Below, piece by piece: positions 22,295 through 30,575 of a DNA stretch of 64,000 nt; the first letter of the stretch is position 1; the number at the start of each line of letters is the position of its first letter. Both the position numbers and the translations under genes were made by a program. Source of the stretch: an uncultured Candidatus Saccharibacteria bacterium (GTDB lineage: Bacteria; Patescibacteriota; Minisyncoccia; Phycocordibacterales; Phycocordibacteraceae); the NCBI GenBank assembly GCA_964391975.1, contig CAYMNZ010000001.1, positions 15,280-79,279 on the forward strand, written 5' to 3'. Below the pieces are notes generated by a model. That model had not been told where the DNA came from. It saw only the letters and a program-made list of their open reading frames with translations, and made no database searches.

Positions 22295-22318
22295 AGAATC
22301 CCGCTCGGCGGGATTTTC
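22295..22318 (+). terminator. Intrinsic terminator
   Basis: AATCCCGC-TCG-GCGGGATTTT. Confidence 0.75.
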
Positions 22319-22337
22319 TCGTGCTAAAGTGGTTTCT

Positions 22338-22697
22338 ATGCGGATTCGCTGGCTCCTTCTCGCGCTCGCCTTGAGCGCGCTTCTGCTCTCTCTCCATCTC
22401 TGGGGTACGGCAGAGTTTTTGTACTGGAAGTTCGTATGGTTCGACAGTCCGATGCATCTCTTGGGAGGAATCACACTTGGCGTGTTCGTTGCTGCGTTCT
22501 TGAACGCTCCCCAGCCTGCTAAATTTTATGCGCTCATCATCGTGCTCATTGTCGGGTGGGAGGTATTTGAGTTCTTCCTCGGTTCCCCACGCAAGGAGAA
22601 TTATGGGTTTGATACCGCACTCGATCTCTTTCTCGGTCTGCTTGGTGCGTCACTTGCGTATTACTCCGCCCGACGGTCACTATGGCGCTCCGAGTAA
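22338..22697 (+). CDS. Small 4-TM membrane protein (VanZ/DUF2238-like)
   Basis: WFDSPMHLLGG, GWEVFE, DTALDL motifs. Confidence 0.75.
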   Translation: MRIRWLLLALALSALLLSLHLWGTAEFLYWKFVWFDSPMHLLGGITLGVFVAAFLNAPQPAKFYALIIVLIVGWEVFEFFLGSPRKENYGFDTALDLFLGLLGASLAYYSARRSLWRSE

Positions 22698-24091
22698 CTT
22701 TCTACGGTGGAGCGGGCACCGTCACAGGCTCTAATTTTCTTGTTGAGAGTGGAGCGAGCAAAGTGCTTGTCGACTGTGGAATTGAACAAGGAAAAGATTA
22801 TTGTGAATCCTGTTCATATGACCCATTTCCGTACGAGCCTTCAAGTATTAATGCGCTCGTGATAACGCACGCGCATCTCGACCACATCGGACGCGCACCA
22901 CGTTTGGTAAAAGAAGGATTCGCAGGCCCCGTGTACATGACGGCTCCCACGCGCGATATCGCAGAGGCAATGCTTCACGACAGTGCTGACATCCTCGCGC
23001 AGAATGCAGAAGCGCGCGACCTTGCACCGCTCTACCTGCAGGAACATGTGACGAAGTTTCTTTCACTCATTAAGGTGATTGAGTACCGCACAGAAACGAA
23101 GCTCACCGATGACCTCTCTGTGTATTTGCGAGACACTGGCCACATTCTTGGTGGGGCGAGTGTGCGGTTCGTTGATAAGGAAGGTGTGTCATTTGCCTTC
23201 ACAAGCGACATCGGGAACTCCCCAACGCCTCTGCTGCCGGACGCAGAGCCCATTACGGACGCAGATGCTATCGCCATTGAAAGCGTCTACGGCGACCGCT
23301 TGAATCCTGAGAAGGTGCATCGGGTAGAGAAGTTTAGGGATACGCTTAAGAGCGCACTTGCTCGAGGTGGCCCCATCCTTATTCCTTCGTTCTCCATTGA
23401 GCGCACTCAGCTGATGCTCTATGAGCTCTCGAACCTCATGGAAGCAGGGGAGCTGCCGCAGGTGCCCGTCTTCCTTGATTCGCCTTTGGCTATTGAGATT
23501 ACCAACATCTACCGCAAGCACGGCGCGAAGTTCTTTAAGGACACCGCCCAGGAAGAGCTTAAGCGTGAGCACGACCTCTTTAACTTCCCGTTCCTGCGGA
23601 TGACGAAGTCCCGGGAGGAGTCTATGAGTATTGCGGAGGTGAAGGACCCAAAGATTATCATTGCGGGCGCGGGCATGAGTCACGGTGGCCGCATTGGGAA
23701 GTGGGAGCACCGCTACCTCCCAGACCCCAAGACCACTCTCATCATGGTGGGGTATCAGGCACCAGGCAGTCCTGGGCGCATGCTCCAGGACGGCGCTAAG
23801 AAGGTGCGCATTGATCATCGTGATGTCACCGTGCGTGGACACATTGAGACGCTACATGGCTGGTCCGGACACGCGGATAGAGATGGGCTCCTCAAGTTTG
23901 CAGAAGGCTGCCTGCCTCGGACAAAGAACTTTTTCGTAACGCTCGGAGAGCCGTCGTCTGCGCGCTTTCTTGCCCAACGCATTCACGACTTCCTCGGGAC
24001 ACGTGCGATTGTGCCAGGGAAGGGGGACGTGTGGGAGGTGACCAAGGAAGGTGTGAAAAGGATAGAGAGTCAGAAGGGATTTGAATCCTAG
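22682..24091 (+). CDS. MBL-fold beta-CASP RNA-metabolising hydrolase (Ysh1-like)
   Basis: THAHLDHIG, GHILG, ESVYG, SGHAD. Confidence 0.92.
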   Translation: MALRVTFYGGAGTVTGSNFLVESGASKVLVDCGIEQGKDYCESCSYDPFPYEPSSINALVITHAHLDHIGRAPRLVKEGFAGPVYMTAPTRDIAEAMLHDSADILAQNAEARDLAPLYLQEHVTKFLSLIKVIEYRTETKLTDDLSVYLRDTGHILGGASVRFVDKEGVSFAFTSDIGNSPTPLLPDAEPITDADAIAIESVYGDRLNPEKVHRVEKFRDTLKSALARGGPILIPSFSIERTQLMLYELSNLMEAGELPQVPVFLDSPLAIEITNIYRKHGAKFFKDTAQEELKREHDLFNFPFLRMTKSREESMSIAEVKDPKIIIAGAGMSHGGRIGKWEHRYLPDPKTTLIMVGYQAPGSPGRMLQDGAKKVRIDHRDVTVRGHIETLHGWSGHADRDGLLKFAEGCLPRTKNFFVTLGEPSSARFLAQRIHDFLGTRAIVPGKGDVWEVTKEGVKRIESQKGFES

Positions 24092-24099
24092 TCAGCAGC
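24077..24099 (+). repeat. Degenerate copy of repeat A (tRNA 3'-end-like)
   Basis: GGATTTGAATCCTAGTCAGCAGC aligns with GGTTCGAATCCTGGGCGGCCAGC; overlaps upstream stop codon. Confidence 0.5.
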
Positions 24100-24120
24100 G
24101 TTTGTAGTACAGTACGAGGA

Positions 24121-24600
24121 ATGGAAGAACGTTTTGAATCATCCCCTAAACCTACGACCGCTACCATTGCAGGGAAAGACCTGCTTCGTCGCATTGTAAT
24201 CAACGGGAGGCCTGACCCAAGGTTTTTACCCTTAAAAGAAGGAGGCGTATTCCACTATAGTCCACTCGTACCGTTTCTTGAGGAAGTTGATCAGAAAAAT
24301 ATCTACTACTCAATTGTTGAAGAAAGTGGGACCATTGTCGCACTTATTGAATTGGTTCAAAATCCTCACATAGATGCAGAATTATTTGCCGAAACCGCCA
24401 GTGTTGATATAAATCTTCAAGGGCAAAAACTATCTGAACCACTTCTGCGTGAGATGTTTTCCTTTGCAAAGAGTAAAGGAAAAAAACTCAAGATTTCTGA
24501 ATTTACTCTCATGGGTCAGGAGCGATTAGCGCACAAAATTGAGACATTGGCTAAGGAGTATGATGTTCAAGTCTCCCTCAATCAATCCACCCTACGATAA
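24121..24600 (+). CDS. Hypothetical protein, GNAT-like C-half
   Basis: SVDINLQGQKLSEPLL resembles GNAT motif A; visibly AT-richer than flanks. Confidence 0.6.
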   Translation: MEERFESSPKPTTATIAGKDLLRRIVINGRPDPRFLPLKEGGVFHYSPLVPFLEEVDQKNIYYSIVEESGTIVALIELVQNPHIDAELFAETASVDINLQGQKLSEPLLREMFSFAKSKGKKLKISEFTLMGQERLAHKIETLAKEYDVQVSLNQSTLR

Positions 24601-24607
24601 ATAGGTA

Positions 24608-24622
24608 GTCCGACCATCGTCC
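24608..24622 (+). repeat. Degenerate copy of repeat B
   Basis: GTCCGACCATCGTCC, 12/15 identical to GTTCCAACATCGTCC; 7 nt after stop codon. Confidence 0.5.
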
Positions 24623-24646
24623 GTCCGCTCAAGGTATAGTTGCAGC

Positions 24647-25894
24647 ATGATTTCGAAACCCCACCATTTTGATGTCATCGTCATAGGAGGAGGGGCTGCA
24701 GGCCTTATGGCAGCTGGCCGTGCGGCAGAGCGCGGTAAGCGCGTCTTGTTGTTTGAGAAGAATCAGAAGGCAGGGGAGAAGCTCCGTATTACGGGAGGAG
24801 GGCGCTGCAATATCACGAATGCAGAGGAGGACACGAAGGCGCTCCTTTCTCACTACGGTTCCGCAGAACCGTTTCTCCATTCCGCATTCTCTGAGTTCGG
24901 TGTGCAAGAAACGTTCAAGTTCTTCGAGCCCCGCAAGCTGCCGCTTAAGGTTGAGGCACGCAAGCGTGCGTTCCCTCAGAGCGAGAAGGCGCCTGATGTC
25001 GTGCGAACACTTGTCTCCTACGTACGGGAGGGGAAGGTAGATGTGCGACTTGGTACGCCAGTGCGGCAGGTCGTTGTTGCGGATGGGAAAGTGGAGAAGA
25101 TAATCGCAAGCGGTGGAGAATTCTTCGCTGACTCCTATATCTTTGCGACTGGCGGCGTGTCACATCCGGAGACTGGTTCCACGGGAGATGGGTTTGGCTG
25201 GCTGCGGGCGCTCGGGCACACGGTGGAAGAGCCAACACCGACCATCGTGCCGCTCAAGGCCAAGGACCCGTGGATACGCTCTTTGGCTGGCAAATCACTG
25301 CCTGACGCGAAGATAACGTTCTACTTGGGGACCGAGAAGAAATTCAGTAGTACCGGGACCATTCTTCTAACGCACTTCGGTCTGTCAGGTCCAACGATTC
25401 TCAACAATGCCGGGAAGGTTGCAGACCTGCTGCATGAAGGGCCGGTTACTGCCACCATAGATCTGTATCCTACGTTCAATATCGGAGAGCTGGATACAAA
25501 GTTTCGTGAGCATCTCGACGCACATAAGAACAAGCTTCTGAAGAACGTCGCGCACGGGTTCTTGCCACCAGGAACCGTGGATGTGCTTCTGGCACTGGCG
25601 CCTAGCGTTGACCCAGAGAAGAAAGCACACAGTGTCACGAAGGAAGAGCGCCGCGCACTTGTAGATATGGCGAAGGCGCTTCCGGTCTCTATATCCGGGC
25701 TGATGGGCTTTGACCGTGCAGTAGTTGCTGACGGCGGGGTACGGCTTACCGAAATTGATATGCGCACCATGCGCTCGCTCCGCGCTCCGAATCTATTTGT
25801 GATAGGGGACCTGCTCCATATTCAGCGACCGTCTGGCGGGTACTCGCTCCAGCTCTGCTGGACCACTGGGTATGTGGCGGGGAGCAACGCGTAG
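24647..25894 (+). CDS. HI0933/BaiN-family NAD(P)/FAD-dependent oxidoreductase
   Basis: IGGGAAG, TGGGRCNITN, ATGG..GSTGDG, SGGYSLQ. Confidence 0.92.
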   Translation: MISKPHHFDVIVIGGGAAGLMAAGRAAERGKRVLLFEKNQKAGEKLRITGGGRCNITNAEEDTKALLSHYGSAEPFLHSAFSEFGVQETFKFFEPRKLPLKVEARKRAFPQSEKAPDVVRTLVSYVREGKVDVRLGTPVRQVVVADGKVEKIIASGGEFFADSYIFATGGVSHPETGSTGDGFGWLRALGHTVEEPTPTIVPLKAKDPWIRSLAGKSLPDAKITFYLGTEKKFSSTGTILLTHFGLSGPTILNNAGKVADLLHEGPVTATIDLYPTFNIGELDTKFREHLDAHKNKLLKNVAHGFLPPGTVDVLLALAPSVDPEKKAHSVTKEERRALVDMAKALPVSISGLMGFDRAVVADGGVRLTEIDMRTMRSLRAPNLFVIGDLLHIQRPSGGYSLQLCWTTGYVAGSNA

Positions 25895-25898
25895 GAAA

Positions 25899-25922
25899 GG
25901 TTCGAATCCTGGGCGGCCAGCA
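25899..25922 (+). repeat. Repeat A: tRNA(Gln-like) 3'-end fragment
   Basis: GGTTCGAATCCTGGGCGGCCAGCA = T-loop, T-stem 3' strand, acceptor 3' strand; exact copy at 28983. Confidence 0.9.
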
Positions 25923-25940
25923 CGTGATAGGCTTATCCAT

Positions 25941-26498
25941 ATGAGCGCGGAGGTACCCAAGACTTCCACAGACCTATCTAGTCAATCTGTAGAGCAGTTA
26001 AAAAAACTCTGTGACTCGCTTGATAAGAAAAGGCATAGAAAGGCCGATACATATCAGGCAGCCAATGCTGTATGGGAAATACTTCAGAAGAAACTATACG
26101 ATCTAGAAGATGAAGCGTTGGATTCGGGAAAACCACTCAGACTTTCTACTCGGATAGTTCTTGAGCATCAGATAAACGCCGCGAAGATAAAAGCAGAGGC
26201 ACTTCTGAAGGAGTCTGAGGACGCTTATATGGAATGGTCTCGTGCGCGCGGTACGTACGTCTATAAATATGACATGGAAGAGATTCTCCTGAAGGAACCT
26301 ATTGAATCTTTACTTTCGCGCTTCCACAAAGGAAACCTCATATATCTTGAAGAGCCGTATCTTGGGAAGATTAAAGATAGGTTAGAAGAGTTCGCGAAAG
26401 AAGGCACAAGTGAGGTCCACGAGAGTGCACGGTTACAAGCTGAGCATCTCACATGGAAGATTGATAGGTTACGGAAGAGGAAAGTTGAAGATTCATAG
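25941..26498 (+). CDS. Hypothetical helical protein flanked by repeats A and B
   Basis: AT-richer ORF; -10-like TAGGCT upstream of ATG. Confidence 0.65.
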   Translation: MSAEVPKTSTDLSSQSVEQLKKLCDSLDKKRHRKADTYQAANAVWEILQKKLYDLEDEALDSGKPLRLSTRIVLEHQINAAKIKAEALLKESEDAYMEWSRARGTYVYKYDMEEILLKEPIESLLSRFHKGNLIYLEEPYLGKIKDRLEEFAKEGTSEVHESARLQAEHLTWKIDRLRKRKVEDS

Positions 26499-26502
26499 AC
26501 AA

Positions 26503-26525
26503 GTTCCAACATCGTCCCAGACAGC
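26503..26525 (+). repeat. Repeat B
   Basis: GTTCCAACATCGTCCCAGACAGC, 4 nt after stop codon. Confidence 0.9.
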
Positions 26526-26547
26526 CCGCAAGAGGTATACTTGAAGA

Positions 26548-27123
26548 ATGTTCCCGACTCACTTAGATAAGTCACAGAAAACTATCCTTGCACTTGTCCT
26601 CATACTCCTTCTCGGAGGAGGCTTGTACTTGTTGTTGCAACATCCATCACAACCAAGCGATGACCCGAACAGTTCTCTTGAGATAGTGTCCAGTTTTGAA
26701 GAATGTGTGGCCGCGGGCTACCCGGTGATGGAGTCCTATCCGCGTCAGTGTAGAAGCGCTGAAGGAACCCGCTTCGTAGAAAAGGTCGATGGGCCTATTG
26801 CGGAATCCTTTGGCTCGATTCAAGGCATTATCCTTCTCGGCCCAGTCTGCCCAGTCATGCAGGATCCGCCGGACCCAGAATGCAACGACAAGCCCTATCA
26901 AACCACCCTCGTACTTACAAGCGCTGACGGTTCGCGTGTCATACAGCAGTTCACGTCTAAGATCGATGGCACGTTTGCTCTTGATGTGCCTGCTGGCAAT
27001 TATGCGATTCGATCAACCGCGACGGCGAACACATTCCCACGCTGCTCATCGACCGACGTCATTCATGTTCCAGTGAACGATACGGTCGTAGCTAACGTTT
27101 CTTGCGACACGGGAATTCGATAG
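26548..27123 (+). CDS. Membrane-anchored Cys-rich extracellular protein
   Basis: TM; SFEECVAAGYPVMESYPRQC and GPVCPV..CDTGIR motifs. Confidence 0.75.
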   Translation: MFPTHLDKSQKTILALVLILLLGGGLYLLLQHPSQPSDDPNSSLEIVSSFEECVAAGYPVMESYPRQCRSAEGTRFVEKVDGPIAESFGSIQGIILLGPVCPVMQDPPDPECNDKPYQTTLVLTSADGSRVIQQFTSKIDGTFALDVPAGNYAIRSTATANTFPRCSSTDVIHVPVNDTVVANVSCDTGIR

Positions 27124-27125
27124 TG

Positions 27126-27147
27126 GTTCCAACATCGTCCCAGACAG
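27126..27147 (+). repeat. Repeat B
   Basis: GTTCCAACATCGTCCCAGACAG, 2 nt after stop codon. Confidence 0.9.
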
Positions 27148-27213
27148 TCAGATACGGCCTCACTAAGCCACGTTCATCTCAACCTAAAAGTACACATGGT
27201 ACGATGGCTGCAT

Positions 27214-28107
27214 ATGAAATACATACTTTCTGCAATCATTCTTATCCTTCTTCTTGGTGCTGGATGGTATTTCTTCCTTCGGGAGGCACCGACGCCCACC
27301 CCACAGAGTCCTGAGGTCTCCACAGGCACAGAGAATTCGGGACAGGTAACGTCGCCGCAGGAGGACGACGGCACGACCGTTATCGGACGCTCAGCAGACG
27401 GAGCTGATATTACTGCTTACCACTACGGTACAGGAGCGGACGAAGTCGTGTTTGTGGGCGGTATTCACGGCGGATACTCATGGAACACTGCGTTGGTTGC
27501 CTACGAGCTCATGGACCATCTCGAGGCAAATCTAGCAACCATTCCTTCAAATGTGCGCGTGACCGTCATCCCAGCGCTCAACCCTGATGGCCTTGAGGAT
27601 GTTGTTGGGACAACGGGCCGTTTCGAAGCTAGTGACGTATCTACGAGCGCTGACACTACCGCAGCGCGCTTCAACGGAAACGAGGTGGACCTGAACCGTA
27701 ACTTCGACTGTGATTGGCAGGAAAAGGCAGTGTGGCAGAGCAAGCAGGTAAGTGGCGGTACCGCTGCATTCTCTGAGCCTGAAGCCCAGGCGATTCGTGA
27801 TTATGTAGGAACAAAGGGTCCCAAGGCGGTCATTGTCTGGTACGCATCTGCGGGCGGCGTGTATGCCTCCAATTGTCACAATGGCGTGCTCGCCGAGACG
27901 CGCGAGATACTCAACCGCTACGCGCAGGCGTCAGGGTACTCTGCCCACGAGACGTTCGACTACTACGCCGTTACTGGTGACATGACTAACTGGCTCGCCA
28001 AGGTTGGTATCCCATCCATCAGCGTCTTGCTCTCCGACCATACCAGCACCGAGTGGTCTAAGAACCGCGCCGGCATCGACGCCATCCTCAGCTACTACGC
28101 CGATTAA
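27214..28107 (+). CDS. Membrane-anchored M14 zinc carboxypeptidase (MpaA-like)
   Basis: GGIHGGYSWN, NPDG, VDLNRNF, FSEPE; Zn-ligand positions degenerate. Confidence 0.85.
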   Translation: MKYILSAIILILLLGAGWYFFLREAPTPTPQSPEVSTGTENSGQVTSPQEDDGTTVIGRSADGADITAYHYGTGADEVVFVGGIHGGYSWNTALVAYELMDHLEANLATIPSNVRVTVIPALNPDGLEDVVGTTGRFEASDVSTSADTTAARFNGNEVDLNRNFDCDWQEKAVWQSKQVSGGTAAFSEPEAQAIRDYVGTKGPKAVIVWYASAGGVYASNCHNGVLAETREILNRYAQASGYSAHETFDYYAVTGDMTNWLAKVGIPSISVLLSDHTSTEWSKNRAGIDAILSYYAD

Positions 28108-28982
28108 TGTTTCCGGCCTCGACCAAGGTACGGGTCATAGCAGGTGCGCTCGTGCTCGTGGCTCTCGCCGCGGGCGTCCTGCTATTCTTCCTGACGCGCT
28201 CAGGGGCGCCGATTGAGGAGGCACCAGCTGTTGAACAGTCTGCCGTTGAACGTTCGGTTATTGGGAGTTCTGTTGAGGGCCGGTCTCTAGAAGCGTATAC
28301 GTACGGAACGGGCGACACTACGCTCGCGTTCGTGGGCGGCATCCATGGTGGCTACGAATGGAACAGTGTGCTCCTTGCCTATGAGCTCATGGACCATCTC
28401 GAAGGGAATCCCGAGCTCATACCGACGAACCTACAGATAGTGGTCATCCCTTCTGCAAACCCAGACGGCCTCTACAAGATAGTGAAGAAAGAGGGGCGCT
28501 TTACGCGTTCGGACGTTGTTTCTGGTGACCAATCCGCAGGCCGGTTCAATGCAAACGGCGTGGATTTGAATCGTAACTTTGCGTGCAAGTGGCAGCCACA
28601 AGCGACGTGGAGAGGGGAAACTGTAAGCGCGGGTACTGCGGCGTTCTCAGAACCGGAGGCCAAAGCGCTGCGCGACTTCTTCGAGGAAGAGCGGCCTGTC
28701 GCGGCGGTTTTCTTTCACAGTCAGGCGAATGCCGTATATGCGTCAGAGTGTGAGGCTGGTGTGCTTTCGGAGACCCTTGCAGTCATGAACGCGTATGCGA
28801 GCGCAGCTGGATATCCTGCCGTGAGCACGTTTGATGCGTATCCGGTTACGGGCGACATCGAAGGGTGGCTCGCGTCCATTGGTATCCCTGCGGTCACGGT
28901 AGAGCTTTCCTCTCACGAGGCGGTGGAGTGGGAGCGAAACTGGCGTGGTGTGTCCGCGCTTCTGGGGCGGTACGGAGAGTAG
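28107..28982 (+). CDS. Membrane-anchored M14 zinc carboxypeptidase (MpaA-like), paralog
   Basis: GGIHGGYEWN, NPDG, VDLNRNF, FFHS, VTVEL. Confidence 0.88.
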   Translation: MFPASTKVRVIAGALVLVALAAGVLLFFLTRSGAPIEEAPAVEQSAVERSVIGSSVEGRSLEAYTYGTGDTTLAFVGGIHGGYEWNSVLLAYELMDHLEGNPELIPTNLQIVVIPSANPDGLYKIVKKEGRFTRSDVVSGDQSAGRFNANGVDLNRNFACKWQPQATWRGETVSAGTAAFSEPEAKALRDFFEEERPVAAVFFHSQANAVYASECEAGVLSETLAVMNAYASAAGYPAVSTFDAYPVTGDIEGWLASIGIPAVTVELSSHEAVEWERNWRGVSALLGRYGE

Positions 28983-29006
28983 GGTTCGAATCCTGGGCGG
29001 CCAGCA
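28983..29006 (+). repeat. Repeat A: tRNA(Gln-like) 3'-end fragment
   Basis: Exact 24-bp copy of 25899-25922, directly after TAG. Confidence 0.9.
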
Positions 29007-29026
29007 GATTGGTATACTTTACACAT

Positions 29027-29509
29027 ATGGAGAGAGCAGAGAGCGGTAAGCGTACAGCGGCTCAAAAGACGGCTGATTTAGTGCAGATGCGCATTATCAG
29101 AGAGAAACTTACTTCGGGGAAGCCCCTATTTCCTGATGAAGAGGCATTGATCGGACGAGAAGGCGGAACACCCGAGCAAAAGCGAAAAGGATTCCAGGCA
29201 GAAGCACGAAAGATAATTAAGGAAATCTCGCAACGTGAGTCTTTCTGGAAGAAACTAAGTAATTCAACGGATAGGGGTGAGGGACGTATAGGGCGGTTAG
29301 CAGAAATCTTAGAGCTTGCAGCACTGATACGCGAGTATTATCAGACAGACTCCGCCACCAGAGAACAAGTGGGGCATTCCGTTGTGCGCATGCTGTACAA
29401 GCACGCTGGATTAACCAGCTTGACTGAGATTGATTTAGGTCGAGCCGCGGATCTTGTTGATGGAGAGATGACTATCGAAGAAATAGCCTCACGATTGCTG
29501 AAAAATTAA
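29027..29509 (+). CDS. Hypothetical helical protein flanked by repeats A and B
   Basis: TGGTATACT extended -10 upstream of ATG; AT-richer. Confidence 0.7.
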   Translation: MERAESGKRTAAQKTADLVQMRIIREKLTSGKPLFPDEEALIGREGGTPEQKRKGFQAEARKIIKEISQRESFWKKLSNSTDRGEGRIGRLAEILELAALIREYYQTDSATREQVGHSVVRMLYKHAGLTSLTEIDLGRAADLVDGEMTIEEIASRLLKN

Positions 29510-29513
29510 AGCG

Positions 29514-29538
29514 GTTCCAACATCGTCCCTGACAGCCC
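29514..29538 (+). repeat. Repeat B
   Basis: GTTCCAACATCGTCCCTGACAGCCC, one mismatch to the 26503 copy; 4 nt after stop codon. Confidence 0.9.
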
Positions 29539-29580
29539 CGCCGTACAAAGTAAGAACTTACAACCAGTCGCCCTGCATTG

Positions 29581-30057
29581 CTATCCCTTTCGTGCTGCGT
29601 CTATGGCGGCTACGTCAATTTTCTGCATGGTCATCATCGCTTTGAAGGCGCGCTCTGCTTCTGCGCCGCCAACGGCAAGTGCCTCAAGTAGGGTGCGCGG
29701 TGTAATCTGCCACGACACTCCCCAGCGGTCCTTGCACCACCCACACTCACTCTCCTTACCCCCATTCCCAACAATTGCGTTCCAATACCGGTCCGTTTCT
29801 TCTTGGTCTTCCGTAGCAATCTGAAAGGAAAAGGCCTCACTTTGAGGAAATATAGGACCACCATTCAGGCCGACGCAGGGAATGCCACAGACAGTGAACT
29901 CCACGGTGAGCGCATCGCCCTTCTTACCACCGGGGAAGTCATCGGGAGCATAAAAAACAGACCCTACCGAACTTTCGGGGAAGGTAGCGGCATAAAAGTT
30001 TGCTGCTTCTTCCGCATCCTTAGCAAACCAGAGGCAAATGGTGTTTTTCGATATCAT
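29581..30057 (-). CDS. VOC/PhnB family (3-demethylubiquinone-9 3-methyltransferase-like) protein
   Basis: CLWF..AEEAANFY, LNGGP, CGWCKDRWGVSWQI. Confidence 0.9.
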   Translation of the reverse strand: MISKNTICLWFAKDAEEAANFYAATFPESSVGSVFYAPDDFPGGKKGDALTVEFTVCGIPCVGLNGGPIFPQSEAFSFQIATEDQEETDRYWNAIVGNGGKESECGWCKDRWGVSWQITPRTLLEALAVGGAEAERAFKAMMTMQKIDVAAIDAARKG

Positions 30058-30129
30058 GGTGTGTTGTTGTTTCAGTAAGTATAGCAAATCGCTCCAACAC
30101 AGCTTGCACTGCTGGTATAGTAAGTTTGT

Positions 30130-30528
30130 ATGAAAACAAAAAGCAAAGGTGCTAAATACGTAGACGGGTTTGTGTTCGTTGTTCCCAAAAAGAACATCCC
30201 AGCCTATAAGAAAATGGCGCGGGATGGTGCGGCAGCGTGGAAGAAGTTCGGCGCGCTCGACTATAAGGAATGCATGGGCAATGACCTCAACATCAAAGGG
30301 TCAAAAGACATGCCAGCCCCATTCTTGTTCACCAAGCTCACCAAGGCAAAGCCAAGTGAGACGGTATGGTTCTCCTTCATCACCTTCAAGAGCAAGGCGC
30401 ACCGCAATCAGGTGAACAAGGCGGTCATGGCCTACTTCAGTAAGAAGTATGCGAACGAAAAAGACATGTCGATGCCCTTTGATCTGAAGCGTATGGCGTA
30501 CGGAGGCTTCTCAGTCGAAGTCGATTAA
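30130..30528 (+). CDS. DUF1428 family protein
   Basis: YVDGFVFVVP..GALDYKEC..MPFDLKRMAYGGF. Confidence 0.9.
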   Translation: MKTKSKGAKYVDGFVFVVPKKNIPAYKKMARDGAAAWKKFGALDYKECMGNDLNIKGSKDMPAPFLFTKLTKAKPSETVWFSFITFKSKAHRNQVNKAVMAYFSKKYANEKDMSMPFDLKRMAYGGFSVEVD

Positions 30529-30548
30529 CAAACCGGTACACCACCAAC

Positions 30549-30573
30549 AAAAAAGCCCCTTTCGGGGCTTTTT
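30549..30573. terminator. Bidirectional terminator
   Basis: AAAAAAGCCCC-TTTC-GGGGCTTTTT. Confidence 0.8.
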
Positions 30574-30575
30574 CT

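Noticed and set aside
22109-22327. 72-aa ORF overlapping the candidate sRNA
   Set aside because: Runs through the terminator and has no recognisable protein features; the RNA structure explains the region better, though the ORF is not formally excluded.
25850-25925. Complete tRNA gene at repeat A
   Set aside because: The upstream sequence is the end of a CDS; no D-arm, anticodon arm or 5' acceptor strand. The same holds at 28983.
24077-29538. CRISPR array interpretation of repeats A and B
   Set aside because: Copies are separated by whole genes (hundreds to thousands of bp), not 30-40-nt spacers, and no cas genes are present.
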